From the NCBI GenBank assembly GCA_030704615.1, contig CM060731.1, forward strand, positions 8,060,001-8,124,000: a DNA stretch of 64,000 nt, written 5' to 3'. The DNA is from Takakia lepidozioides. Lineage: Eukaryota; Plantae; Bryophyta. The position numbers and the translations under genes were made by a program. This document shows, piece after piece, positions 37,798 through 50,565 of this stretch (the first letter of the stretch is position 1; each line of letters begins with the position of its first letter). The notes below the pieces were generated by a model that made no database searches, was not told where the DNA came from, and saw only the letters and a program-made list of their open reading frames with translations.

Positions 37798-40308
37798 TCA
37801 TGCAACTGCAGTTGTTCTCCAACCTGCAAGACCAGTGAAAAAGCGCTCATAGCTCTTCAGGAAGCTACCCAAAGAAAACTTTCCTTGCATGTCTTCTTGC
37901 GATACAACATTGGGGGCACCTTCTTTTACTTCCAGTATCATCTGCCCCATGTCACGCTGCATAGCTTGCACAATCTTCATATCCACAGGATTTCCAGCAG
38001 CATCGGTGACATAAAAAACATTCACAGCCTTGTCACCACGTGTGGCCACATCTGCCCTGGTGACTGAAAGGCCATTTTCCCGGAAGACTCTTGTGACATC
38101 TGACAGAAGGCCCACCCTGTCACTTGTGCAGAGCTCAAGCCTCAATCCCTACAGAATCACAAAAAACCCTGAGTTAGATAACCAATGTAAGTCGAAGCAA
38201 ATTTTCCAACCAGAACATTGTCCAAGAATGGTCTCATTCCACCTAATATTGATCTGCTTTCAGTGCTGAATCTAAATTTAGCATCTTCAGTCTGCATGGC
38301 TGAGATAACTCAGCCAGGAACACAACTTCGTATTAGATTCTAGTCCATCTCATTGCAAAAGCACAAAATGTACAGCAAAACTACCTCTGAGGACCTCCGC
38401 TCAAGTGCAGCCCTCAAACATTTCTTCACTCTTTCTTCAGACTCTTCATCAAGGGTGCAGCCATCCAGTTGACGGACATGATACTCCTGCACATTGTATA
38501 TCTATTTACAGGTTAGCTTCGATAACCAAAGAAGAACCATACTACTTACAATTAATCGGAACTGTAGTCACTGAGCAGAGAACCCCCCTCCAAATCAACC
38601 AAGAATCTGCATGTAAAGAAACAAACCCTTGCAGCAACTAGAGTAGGTCCAATCAAATATTTACAAAAAACCAAAACACATGAAAAGAGGAACACTCGGT
38701 ACGTTTGAAAGACAACACCCCGTGCCTGCCGTAAAAGATAGCCGATGGTATGCAGGGTTGCAGTTGATATCTGTAGTTAGCACTAACGCGGCTGATATCA
38801 GATAGTGACCGAACCGTCCACGGTAAAATACCTGGAGTGCTGTAGGACCTGAAGAGTCAATGGAGGCATGGAAAACCACGTATTGCATATCCGTCAGAGT
38901 ACAAACGGTATCGAAGACAAGCTTTGGTCGGTCAGCACACTGCACGGTGATAACTGAGTACCCACTCTCACAGTTTTGCACTGTTATCTCCGTCCTGTTT
39001 CTACCATCCAAGGTCCCAGGTCTTTCTGACTGCTCATAATCTTTGTCAGCAGCCATCATCTGGTGTAACCGTCTCTCGGTGTGTGTGAAACCCTCAGCAA
39101 AAACAGTCCTTGCTACTTTCCTATCGTCATCCCCTTTCATCACTTTGTAGAGAAGATCCTCGATACGATCTTGTTTCTTCTTGTCTGCTATGGGACCTGC
39201 GGTATCCTCATCTGTGACGTACACGACGCAAGCTACTCTCATGTTATGCGTCCAGACCTCCGCGGCATTCACCGTACACTTCAAGCTTGTCAGGACAGCC
39301 GAAACCTCCGAGAGAAGCCCGGGCCTATCGGTCCCAGTGAGCTCTATGGCTGTGTGCTCAGCTATGGATTTCACGCCCACAGACCTCCCAGGACACCGAA
39401 CAAGATCCAAAGAAGCTTTCCTCTTGATTGCCAATGTCTGCAACAGAACAGACATGACTCCGGAGTTCAAAATAGAAAGTAATTGGTCACATGGCAAACC
39501 TCGAGGGAAACTCCCGTGCGACATGAGGAGCAATATCATGAAGTTGCAAGCAAGAAATGCTAAAACAGAAACTGACCTCTTGTATGTGATTGATAGTTGC
39601 TTGGTCACGGATTTTGCAGCCTTTCAAGTCGGTCACATGAAATACTGGAAACAGAAACAACAATAGAACTCAGGGGTTAGCACACCGTGTGCGATGCTAC
39701 AACGAGAGTGCGATGACAGCCACAAGCATACACCACACACAAGAATTTCCAACCTTTCAGTTTTAGAACCAGAAAGAAACTCACCGTCCATAAACCAGCC
39801 ACCATCAGATGCAATATAGGCCTTCGAGATGGTCAACTCGAGATCTGTGAGCACTTGGACGACCTCGAGCAGGATCCCATGCTTATTGGCACTATTAACC
39901 TGCACCATATACCGCGACGGCCGTGAGTGACCCTGGTACAGACAAGTCGAAGCACAAGTGCCTGCGTCTTTACACTGCGTGAAACAGTCTTGAGACTACT
40001 GCTATTTATATTAACTGAAGTCTGGGGAAAGGGAACTACCTTTACGAGAGTGGCGTCCTCATAAGAATCGTTGTCAATTACAACCCTGCAAAAGAACAAA
40101 CCCTAGCATGATCAGACGGAGAATTCGCACGAAACGAACCCTTCTTCGAGCAGACATCAAACCGAAAAAAAGACGGCGTCGAAGTATGACAACAAACAAG
40201 GCCTTGGTTTCTGCTGCAATACCGTGGGGGGTTGATTCGCATGCCCAACGTCTCGTATTCAGGGTCAAAATACGGCCAACTCTTCGGGGCCATAGTTGCA
40301 ACAGCCAT
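37798..40308 (-). CDS. ACR: ACT domain repeat (ACR) protein, 457 aa, 7 coding exons
   Basis: Exons 40308-40223, 40085-40040, 39899-39785, 39644-39577, 39437-38832, 38486-38385 and 38148-37798 are all GT-AG and phase-consistent. Motifs include RINPPRVVIDN, VNSANKHGILLEVVQVLTDL, DGGWFMDVFHVTD, ELTGTDRPGLLSEV, HTERRLHQMM, DRPKLVFDTVCTLTDMQYVVFHA and ELCTSDRVGLLSDVTRVFRENGL. Confidence 0.96.
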
Positions 40309-43300
40309 TGCGTGGACAGATGAAGTCCTGAAAAAAATAAATGTCAGACGCAGTTAAGCTGAAACGGTTGATTTGAGAATGCACATTATCACAACTACTG
40401 CACAAACTAACACAAGCAGCCTAGAAAAAATGCTCTAAAAAGATAGCAGGAAACTCAACTGCCGACTGTAGCATTTTTCGGCTGGCTAGCGGGAAGAAAC
40501 ACACGGGAGCGAGCCATACGACATTATGAAGGAAAAACACAAGAGACATGAGAGCTCCAGTCACAATGCACTCATGTGACAGACTCTCTTCAATCGAACA
40601 AACAAACAAACAAACAAAATTGGGAACCACCTTCGTTTACCTCGCTTTGCTTCCTCCCCTGCAAATTGCAGCCACTGAAGACGCCAAAAATTACCCCCAG
40701 GCACCCAAACCCGACGACCAGAAACACCAACACCCGTCCGTCTGTAATTTCACCGGAGCCTCACCTCTACCACTCCACTTCTGCATCACCACACACACTG
40801 GAGACTCCAGAAGCTTGCAGATCCAAACAAACAACACGGGCAACAAGCGCAGGCTTTCTGGTGCAGCAAACGAGACGACTCTTCCTGACAAGACAGGGGA
40901 CACGACGAAATGGAAATGCTCCGCAGGGACAAGCACTTGACCACCACAACAGCCTTCCTTCCAAGCTCTGCTTCCCTCGCAATCCTTCGCTGCCACCCTC
41001 TCCCTCTCCCTCACATCTACCAAACACCTCCCAACACGCAATACGCACTGCACCGCACCAGCAACAAAGTAAAACAACAGCCGCAGGTAGCTCTGTTCAG
41101 ATTCCTCCCACCTCCCTATAACTTATACCACGCCACCACACCCTAACCCCGCTGCCTCTCTCTCCTGCACCCTCCCCTCCGCCACGCCCGACCTTCAACT
41201 ATTGCCTTTCTTTCTCTACTCTTACCCATCTGCCCCTCGTCGCCTATATCACCTTTTCGCTTTCCTTGTCCTTTTTGTTTTTCGACCTCTACCGTTTCCT
41301 AGTCCCGACCGCGACAGTCCCGCGGGCGACGGTTACCGATCGAGTCGACGAAAATATCCGACGATCGTCCTCCGAATCTGCGATTTCGTTCGCATCAGAG
41401 CAGTCAACCCGGAATCCGCTCTGCATCTTTTCCACTCGCCCAAACAATTCCATCATCCAACCGCTCCGATCTTCGGAACCCCACATCCAACGGTATCGAG
41501 CGCAAGAGCGTGGACGGCAGCGAGCCAACCACACAGCACCCTACCGCTGGCCAAGTGGCGCCCATAATAGCGCGCTCTAAACTGCGCCATTTTATATTTG
41601 CGCGCCATTATTGACCCTCGTAAACATTCTCTGTCCACAACCTGCTTTTCCTCCCTAAACCCCGCCTTCGTCTTATCGCTGTCTTTTCAACCCAGCTTAC
41701 TGCCCGCGCCCCCGCCAATCGCATGCGTCAACCCGCCCTCCACCAATGGCCGTAGGCCTACCGTTTTCATCCGGCAGCTAAAGCGTGCGGATCTTACCTG
41801 GCGCTACCGCTGCCTCTTGTGCTCTGCGACAGCGAAGCGGCAGCGCGAGGGCGCGGCCCGCCGCGTCGCAGAGGCTACCATCGCCGTCGGTGCACATAAC
41901 GGCAGGCTCCGTTGCGACTAGTATTATATACAATCCGCCCATGACGGCCGCCTTCACTCCCTTCTCCCACTTAATGCTGCCAAATCTCCCCGAATCCTAC
42001 CCCTTCTTATTTTGCTTCCATTACTTACGTATAGTACAGAAGATTATAGTTTTCGTAAAAGAGTCACTGGGATATCACGGGGATTCTGTTAGTAAGATAG
42101 TAAGATTAGAATAAGGGTGTCATTTAGTTCCCATGATACGAGGAGATCCGGCAAGGTTGTAACCTGGTCATGGCTAGAGGAACGTGATAATAATGAACGT
42201 AGTGTGCATGAGTGATCGGCGAGTACACAAGCTTCATCGGAATGCTCATCATCAGTCGGGTGGTTAGGATCGCGCCCCAGGCAATCGATGTAATGCGTTG
42301 GGAATGCGAAATTCTTGGCCACGTTTGTGAAAGCCTGAGCTTTTCCGAGAGGAAGTCACAAGCCGAGTGCGTCATTGGTTGTGGGTTCGAATGTTATTAC
42401 TAGTGAAAAGAGCAGGTGGGAAAGAGCTGCTCGGGTGTAACCGCCAGCAGCGCCGCCTGCCACACGTTCTCTTTAAGATAGAGTCCATAAATGCCGTCTG
42501 ATTTATAACTGAATCCGCTACTAATAGTGGGGTATTACTTTAGTGATAGACGTAATCCACGAGTGCGTTGCTCATAATGGATGCACAGAGTCTAACGTCC
42601 GGGAAGGTGGCATTGAATGGGCCCGCTTTAATGAAGCTTTGCGCAAAAAGATTGCATCACGTTACTGCAATGTAATGCATCCTACGACTACTCGCACTCA
42701 TCATCTCTTCCTTAACTTCCTTTAACTCGAAGATTGGATGAATACTGCGTCGAGGAGTGAGGTATGGATGATCATCAGCAGTCTCTGTGGATGGTCGATG
42801 GACAGAGGCAGTGCATGGATGAACGGCCACGTGTGAGTAAGGGATGAGGGGAAAAGTAGATGAAACGTCCCCGACGAATGAAAGCTAGTCACAAATGAGA
42901 AGTCGCTTTTCGTCCACTGGTATATTGGGGGCGTGGGGGCGCAGAGAGCGATGCCGAGTGGCCCCGGGAATATGAACGGCAAAAGCATCGCGCTCCGAGC
43001 GGGCAGGGGAGGGCGAGGGCCCGCCGGGAAACGACGACGGGTGGGTATATGGGGGACCACGGCGCCGCCGACACCGTACCGGAAGGTTCCCCGGCGGCAC
43101 AAAACGGGACTATTCATCCATTCACCATTGCTACGTTCATCAACTGCCAGCTCAGCAAAATATCTCCGCCAGACAGGTGTGCGAGATTAGCTGTCACTGT
43201 GGGTCCCGCCCGACCCCGCCCCGGCTACTGGTGGGCTCTTTCCCGGGCATTGGGTCAGGTCAGTGTCCCCTAGTGGGCAACCGGCGGCCAGCGGGTTGGA

Positions 43301-44136
43301 ATATATGTATTAGCAACTGGATAACACCGGCGACAGAGATGGATGGATGGGTGGACGTCTTATAAAGTCATCTGCTGACTCACCGCATCCCAGTAATTTC
43401 TATTCGTCAAATAATAATATTTTGCAGTATGACATGCGATTGGTGGGATGAATAATACTATAATGGATAAAAGGGTATCGCGCCTTATCCAAGGGAGCTG
43501 CTTGCTTCAATCACAATACAGAAAATCTAGAGGGATTGATCCTTGGCGGTAGTATATTAACTCACTATATAGTTTTTATATAATTAAATAATTATATTTT
43601 TTGAGTGATGTAGACCTGCCGACAGTTTGGTGTAGTCATCCGTTGGTGCTGTCTAGCGTCGCTTTCATCCGCCTGGAGGACTCGGACGGACGGAGCGACG
43701 TCTTCGGGACAGCCGTCGTTGGGTAAAAGCTGCCGACAGCTGGACGGACGTGGTTAACTCTATTTCGTCGCACGTTCGTCGAGCTAGGCGTCGACAGTGG
43801 CGCGGCTGACGGTGATGGGTGGTGGATCCCATATCCGCGCATTTGGCCGAAACAAAGAGACAAGAAGAAAGAGGGTCTGGTTTTGTGGAGCGGAGGTTTG
43901 GTGAGGGAGGGTGATATTAGTGATAAGAGCGCAGATGGGATGGGGCTCCACCTACCTCCACATGTCGCATTTCGCTTTCTACTCCAAGCTAACTTGATTT
44001 GACCGAGGATGTGGTGACTCATGAGTGACCTTATCCCAGTTGGGAAGAGGGAGGAAGAGAAAGCAATGGCAGAGTAGGTTCTTAGTTCTTACATGATTTT
44101 TATTATTTTTTGTTTCATTTTTAAAAGGGTAACAAC

Positions 44137-45012
44137 CAGTGTTGGCGGGGTATGGCCTCTTGACATGCATATCCGGCGGTTATTTGCCGGTTATGCACAT
44201 GTGCATAACCGGAAAGTGCAGCCCCGCAGGAACCGGCTATGGAAGGGAACCGGAAAAAAAATCGAGCTTCCTAACCGGCTAGAGAACCGGCATGTTGATT
44301 ATAAGGGTGTTATACCCGGAGCAAGATCCGGAGCAAATGTGGATGGCGTAGAGGCGCTTCTAGATAATACAAGTGTAAGGGTTAGTGATAGTAGTTATGA
44401 AATTACAATTTTGGGGAGATTAGGTGCACAACATTAATGAGAATGTCCAAGTAGGAAGTTAATTAGTTGGACATTTGGCTAAGACAATAGTTGTAAGTTG
44501 TAAGCTTAGTGTATTAGAGGGGCAGAGAGATAGATGACAGATAGATGACAGGGTTGAACGTTTGAACTTTGAACCCGAGACCCACAACCAATACTCTAGT
44601 GGCTTATCACCATGCCACAACCCTTTTGTGTATAGTTTTACACACATGCACAAAAATGCTAGAAAATGTAGAAATAAATAAAAGTGGATGAATCCCATAT
44701 CCGGTACCATGGAACCGGCATTTTTTAAGATGGCATAACCAGTAGATTGAGAACTGGACAAAAAAAATCCCATGTGTTTATTGAGAACCTGTAACCGAGA
44801 TGTTTTTCAAACCTATTGGTATACCCTGCCCCGGCCATCCATTTTTTTCAAAGAGTACGCCATAAAAAATCCCATGTGTTTATTGAGAACCTGTAACCGA
44901 GATGTTTTTCAAACCTATTGGTATACCCTGCCCCGGCCATCCATTTTTTTCAAAGAGTACGCCATAACCGGGACCGGGAGAGGGCTCAAAACATGGTACC
45001 CGGCCAACACTG
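44137..45012. mobile_element. Non-autonomous hAT element (876 bp) with an internal perfect 102-bp tandem duplication
   Basis: TIR CAGTGTTGGCGGGGTA / TACCCGGCCAACACTG, 8-bp TSD GTAACAAC (44129-44136 and 45013-45020), many subterminal AACCGG motifs, and a duplication at about 44762-44966. Confidence 0.93.
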
Positions 45013-45625
45013 GTAACAACGTAACAACCAATGTTGGACTAGTATATTGATAAGAAACCGGTATCAATACTAGTGTGAAGTCCGAGACACGTCTCGTATC
45101 ACTCCATATACCTTCTTAGGAGTTGTTGTGGGTTCAAACCACCCTGTTGGTTGTTACAAAGGTGTCCACCTTCCTACCGGAAGGCAGTAGCCCTTGTGGG
45201 TCAAGTGACACCATAAGTTGCGCTTGCTTCGGCAACGCGTTCACCCTTTTTTTGTTTTTTTTTTGTTTTTTTTGGGTATCACCTCACGCCACTACCTAGC
45301 ATATACCCATATTGGGCTGGCATTGTGTTTCCAAATACTATGGGCGATACCCTACAAGTCTAGTAGGTGGTTGAGAATCTCGTACTTGATACCAGTCCAG
45401 ATCCATTTTTGCGAGGAAAAACGAGGTATGAGTATGGACGACGCACTAATGCACAATATGGATGCGGCTTTCAATCTTGAATCTGAGCTCTTACATGCAA
45501 ATGAAGATGAAATACAAGAAGCTAAAATACTTTGACGAATAAATTCAATGAGAAGCATGCTCATTAGAATGAGAAGTGGGCCCTACTATTGGTTGTTCAA
45601 AACTGATACGGTAAAGCACCACCTC

Positions 45626-47757
45626 AATGGAGAAGACTACTCTTACCCAACGAGTTGAATGCAAGCGTGGGAGCTTTGCCGGTACGGTCGCCGAGGATGG
45701 CCGTTTGGGGGGGGGGGGGGGGGGCGCTGTCAAATCCCCAACCCCCCCCCCCTCTCCCTTCTCACCTCCAAGCCTGTAGTCTAGGATAAATAATTAAAAA
45801 ATCAGTGGCTTGGCATGAAGCTGGTAGTTTGGTAGCTAGGTGATATGCGGTGTAGTGGCGAGGTCCGTCGCAGTCCACGCAAGCTGAGTGATTGGTTGCA
45901 CATGAGACTAATTATTGGATTTTTTCATCTCCAAGAGAATTCTAAGTCCAAGATCCTCGCTCCCGATCCCGGCCTGTTCCTAGTGTCCGCTCCTCTATCC
46001 CGTCCTTGTTCCCAAGCCCGTTCCCCCATCCCTGTCCCTTGCCCGCGCTCCCCTCCTCGCCATGTGGAACGTCGCTCGTTCCCCTGTTCCCGGTCCATGC
46101 TCCCCTCCTAGCCTGTGGAATGCGGCTCGTTCCCCTGTTCCCGTCTTCGCTCCCCTCCTCGCCCCATGGAATGCAGCTCGTTCCCCTGTTCCCAATCCTC
46201 GCTCCCCTCCTCGCCCCATGGAATGCAACTCGTTCCCCTGTTCCCAGTCCTCGCTCCCCTCCTCGCCCTGTGGAATACGGCTTGCTCCCTTGTTCCCAGT
46301 CTCCGCTCCCCTCCGCCTCCCCTGTCCCAATGGGGAGCAAGGATCGAGGAGCGGGAACAGGGGAGCGAAGAGGGGAGCGGGGACTGGGAACAAGGGAGCA
46401 AAACTGGAGATTGTTTGGGAACATGGTACTAAAGGTGGGGAGCATGAGGAGGGAACAGGAGGTGTGGAGCGCTCCCCACCTTCCCAATGGGAGATGAGAT
46501 TTGACTAGTAGTTAGCAGCTCGGGGCAGCGGGTCCCACCACCTCACACACTTGCCTTAAACTCCTTGGATAAGCGTAGTCCTCGCCCACATCAATATTGC
46601 ATTATTGATACCACCATGGTATCCAAATCTTAGATTTTACCAATACTAGTGTCCCCGGTGACAACCAAGTTGTAGCCCAGTGGAAATGAATATAGTAGAA
46701 CTGAAGGGATGAATATGAAGGGAACTGAATATGATAGAACTGAAGGGATCATTTTGAAGGGAACTGAATATGATAGAACTGAAGGGATCATTCTGAAGGG
46801 AACTAAATATGATAGAACTAAGGGATAAATCGGAAGGGAACTGAATATGATATAACTGAAGGGTTAAATCGGAAGGGATAATTCCGAAGGGATTTCAATA
46901 TGATAGAACTGAAGGGATAAATTGGAAGGGAACTGACTATGATAGAACGAAAGGGATAATTCCAAAGGGAACTGAATATGATAGAACTGAAGGGAACTGA
47001 TATGATGGAACTCAAGGGATAATTCGGAAGGAAACTGATATGATACAACTGAAGGGATAATTCGGAAGGGAACTGATATGATACAGTTGAAGGTATAATT
47101 GTTCCCTCCTCATGCTTCCCACCTTTAAGACCGTGTTCCCAAGTTTGTTTCCCATAGTGGGACAGGGGAGCGAGGAGGGGAGCGGGGACCGGGAATAGGG
47201 GAGCAAGCCACGTTCCACATGATGAGGAGGGGAGCGGCGACCGGGAGCAGGGGATTCCACATGGCGGGGAGAGGAGCGGGGACTAGAAACAAGGGAGCAA
47301 ACCGCATTCCATAGGGCGAGGACAGGAGCGGGGACAAGAGACAAGGATGGGGGAGCAGGACTGGGAACAAGGAAGGGACAGAGGAGCAAATATTGGGAAC
47401 AGGGAGCGAGCAAGGATCTTGGACTTCGAATTATTTTGTAGATGAAAAAACAATTAATTAGTCACATGTGCAACCAATTATTCAATGCACTTTGACCGCC
47501 ACGATAAGAACATGAGACCCCGTCATTGTAACACATATCACCTAGCCACCATACTACCATCCACCTCTTGCCAAAATCTTGATTTTGAAGGATTTAATCC
47601 ACAATAGAGGCTCGCAGGTGAGAGGGGAGCAACAGCGGGTGGGGATTTGACAGCACGCCCTGCCAAGACGTCGCCGGTACGGCCATCCCGGGCGACCGTA
47701 CCGGCAAGGCTCCCGCGCTTGCATTCAACTCGTTGCGTAACTGTAGTCTTCTCCATT
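45626..47757. mobile_element. Foldback-like element with long imperfect inverted arms (45626-46457 and 47100-47757)
   Basis: AATGGAGAAGACTAC...AACGAGTTGAATGCAAGCG.GGGAGC.TTGCCGGTACGGTCGCC is mirrored at the right end. Similarity continues inward to AAAGGTGGG.AGCATGAGGAGGGAACA. The arms contain about 52-bp subrepeats (TCGCTCCCCTCCTCGCCCCATGGAATGC...). No TSD recognised. Confidence 0.8.
46697..47092. repeat. Minisatellite of GAACTGAATATGATAGAACTGAAGGGAT(A/C)-type units (about 38 bp, roughly 10 degenerate copies)
   Basis: Directly visible repeated units in the spacer of the foldback element. Confidence 0.9.
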
Positions 47758-47907
47758 TGGGGAAGATACATCAGAAGAAAACAATGGAAGCATGGTCTCA
47801 CATAGGGGGGAGCCAATAAAACAGTGAGAGATTGACCATGTCACAACTTAAGCCCAGTATACTAGAGGAGAAATAACCAGTGTTGGGCTGTTATTTATGT
47901 TTCACTC

Positions 47908-48087
47908 GAGCATGTAGCCTAGTGGTTGGGTGTTTGTGCCTTGCCTGTGCATAACCTAGGTGATCCTGGGTTCAATCCTTCAACATGTGCCTTCAGACCG
48001 TCCATTGGGCCCTCGATGGCATGTGTGTTGAGCAGTAGGCTCCGTAAATTCACTGGAAGTTAAAGAAACTTTATCTTATCTTTTATC
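47908..48087 (+). mobile_element. tRNA-derived SINE (family 2) with a (TTTATC)-type tail
   Basis: A-box TAGCCTAGTGG (47915-47925) and B-box GGGTTCAATCC (47968-47978). The 3' body is shared with 17817-17862 and the tail resembles 13801-13838. Confidence 0.75.
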
Positions 48088-50565
48088 TCCGGGAACCTCC
48101 ACAGTTATCTATCCAGTGAGACATATAATATATATATCCAAGATGCTAGGAGTAAATAAAAGTCTTCCCCAATTTTTTTGGTTTACTCTGTGATATATAT
48201 ATATAGGACTTTCGGAGGTGAAAATGGGCGTAGTTGGTCCAGTTAGGAACCGACGGAGGTTGGCATTCAAATATTCGGCCAGGAACTTTGAAAGAAGTGT
48301 AGGATATCTGTTGATCATTTGATGAAAACTGCTGATTATTTAAGGTTCTAATTGGAAATGCAGGTTATATCTGGCCATAAATATTTTAATAACGCCATTA
48401 CGTCTTGTTATGCCTAACCCTCCCCCCAGCATGCACCCGCCATCAAAGGTAATTAAAAGTTGGATGTAGATGTCAGATCCTTTTTTGGGTGGAGGTCACA
48501 CTTCGTATCTTGCGAGACATGTAGTAAACCCCAAATCAGTTTATGGTTTGTCTGTGCCCAAAATGTTCAGGCTACAGACGTTGCCCTGAATAACATGGGC
48601 TGTAACAGGGGGTATCCTTTCCGGCAGTGTATCTACTTTCTAGGAGAAATGTAGGATTTGATCACAAAAACTTAGATGCCAACATCATTCTCACTCAATC
48701 CGCAGTTACCTTTTATGAGACTCCCCACAATAATTGACAGATCCAAGGCTGATGCCGTGAAACTGATCTCTATTCTCCTATACAAGTTACAGGCAAATGC
48801 TGGGGGACCACCTTCCCATGGTTGCCCTATCTGAGTTGCATGGCCTGTTGATGAATCTGACTTGGAAGTGGGAAAGCAAACAACCCTGAACAACGCAGGG
48901 AACCACAAAAAGAGCAGTAACCAACCCCTTCTGGAATCTGATACAGGCTCCATAGCAGCATAATTGGTTCAACAACTGAAGGCTCTGTCTGCTTGCCCAC
49001 CACTCTCCATCTTTGCCACATCTTGCACTCATATCCTCAAACCATGGTTTGTTTCATGGACATCGCACAGCCTTGTGTAATAAGGAGACTGATATCTTCT
49101 TGCAGGCTTTCTTAAGGAAGACAGTATGCAGGCCACACTTGGGTGCGGTATCTGATTCCTGGATATGAATCCATGCTCATTACGGATGCCGTACTTCCAG
49201 ACAACAGTCTGTCCTCAGCCGCAGGTGAGAGAATGGCTCATCGCTGAAGAATCCCCTGTCCAACATCATCTTCTCCCAACTGAGCACTTAGCCTTACAAT
49301 ATGCTGGGAATTCCTTTGAGACAACTTGCAATAAACTCCAGCTCATTAGTAGAGGGGCCCACTGTAAGACCACCACCCACTAAGGGAAAATGATGGGCCA
49401 AAATATTCTCAGACATCACATGGCAGCAATCCCCAGGGATGGCCAAACCTGGACCTGTCTTTTGCAAAATAGTAGCCGAATGCTCCCACTAACATAGCAC
49501 TGAAGATGGAGTGCCCATAGAAACCTCTCTGCACCCTGCCTTTTGCCGTATGCCCCTGCTGACACAGTCCTCCAGACTTGCGGTGGAGTGCCCAGACAAA
49601 CCTCTCTGCACCCTGTGGACTTGAGTGCCTACCTTGATCTGCACAAACCCTACTAAACATGATGAACAGTTTTCACAGCATATTACGATAAGAACTGCAT
49701 ATCTGATCATACCCAGCCATCTCGCTAATCATTATCAGTCCACCCACCCATACCCCGTGTATGCAATGGTCTTCATCCTGTGTTCATTCCCCTGTAAATT
49801 CTTGCACACATGCCCACCCTGTCTACCCTCCGTTTACTTATTTAAGATGTTCCACTACTCCTAGAGTGACGAAATGCATAATCTTTACATTGTCTCACTT
49901 CCTTCCCACCATTTTTGCTCTATCCAAATTGGTCCCAGGCACAAGGATATACAGAAGAACTGTCATGAAGTATCTACCGCAAGAATTTTGTCACTAGCAG
50001 TCAAGTAAACATCAAAGGCTATTTCCAATAAGACAGGTTTGCAATACTTACGATAGAGAAGAACATCAATTGGATCTCATGCCACTGAACATATTGGAGC
50101 GGCTGTGGTCTGGTGATAAATTTGGGCTTGGTTGATTCAAGTACTGGTTTGGTGATGCCACTTGCCGATCACTGTCAACAATCCAAAGTCATAATTATCA
50201 GTGCTCCACTATTGCTACCATCTTTTTAGTCTTGCGGATAGAGACCCTGCTGGCAATGGCCTCTCCATCCTGATGGAACTGTTGTAGTTCTCTAATTTAA
50301 CCAGGTCTCTGTTGTAAAGTATATAAGGCTGGACATCCCAGGGACAATAACCGACTAGTGTGGGTATGAAACTAAACAACCATTTGCCCCACACGAAGAC
50401 ACAGAACGTGTTTGTGAGAATTTCTATCCTGTGCCCAGTTGAGTGAAGCAGCGAGAAGGGTGGGGATAATCCACCAAACAGAGCCTATGTATGAAAGAAG
50501 AGGGCGAAAAAGACAGCGGAAAGCGGAAAGATTGGCGAGGCCGCATAATTCGTGGGGAGAGAAAG

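Noticed and set aside
44567-44623. tRNA-like A/B-box remnant on the minus strand inside the hAT element
   Set aside because: Degenerate boxes with no tail or TSD, too weak to call.
45942-46508. Overlapping ORFs of 97-181 aa on both strands
   Set aside because: By-products of GC-rich subrepeats in the foldback arm, giving low-complexity translations.
46697-47092. CRISPR-like array
   Set aside because: Units are contiguous degenerate tandem repeats without unique spacers, there are no cas genes, and the context is eukaryotic.
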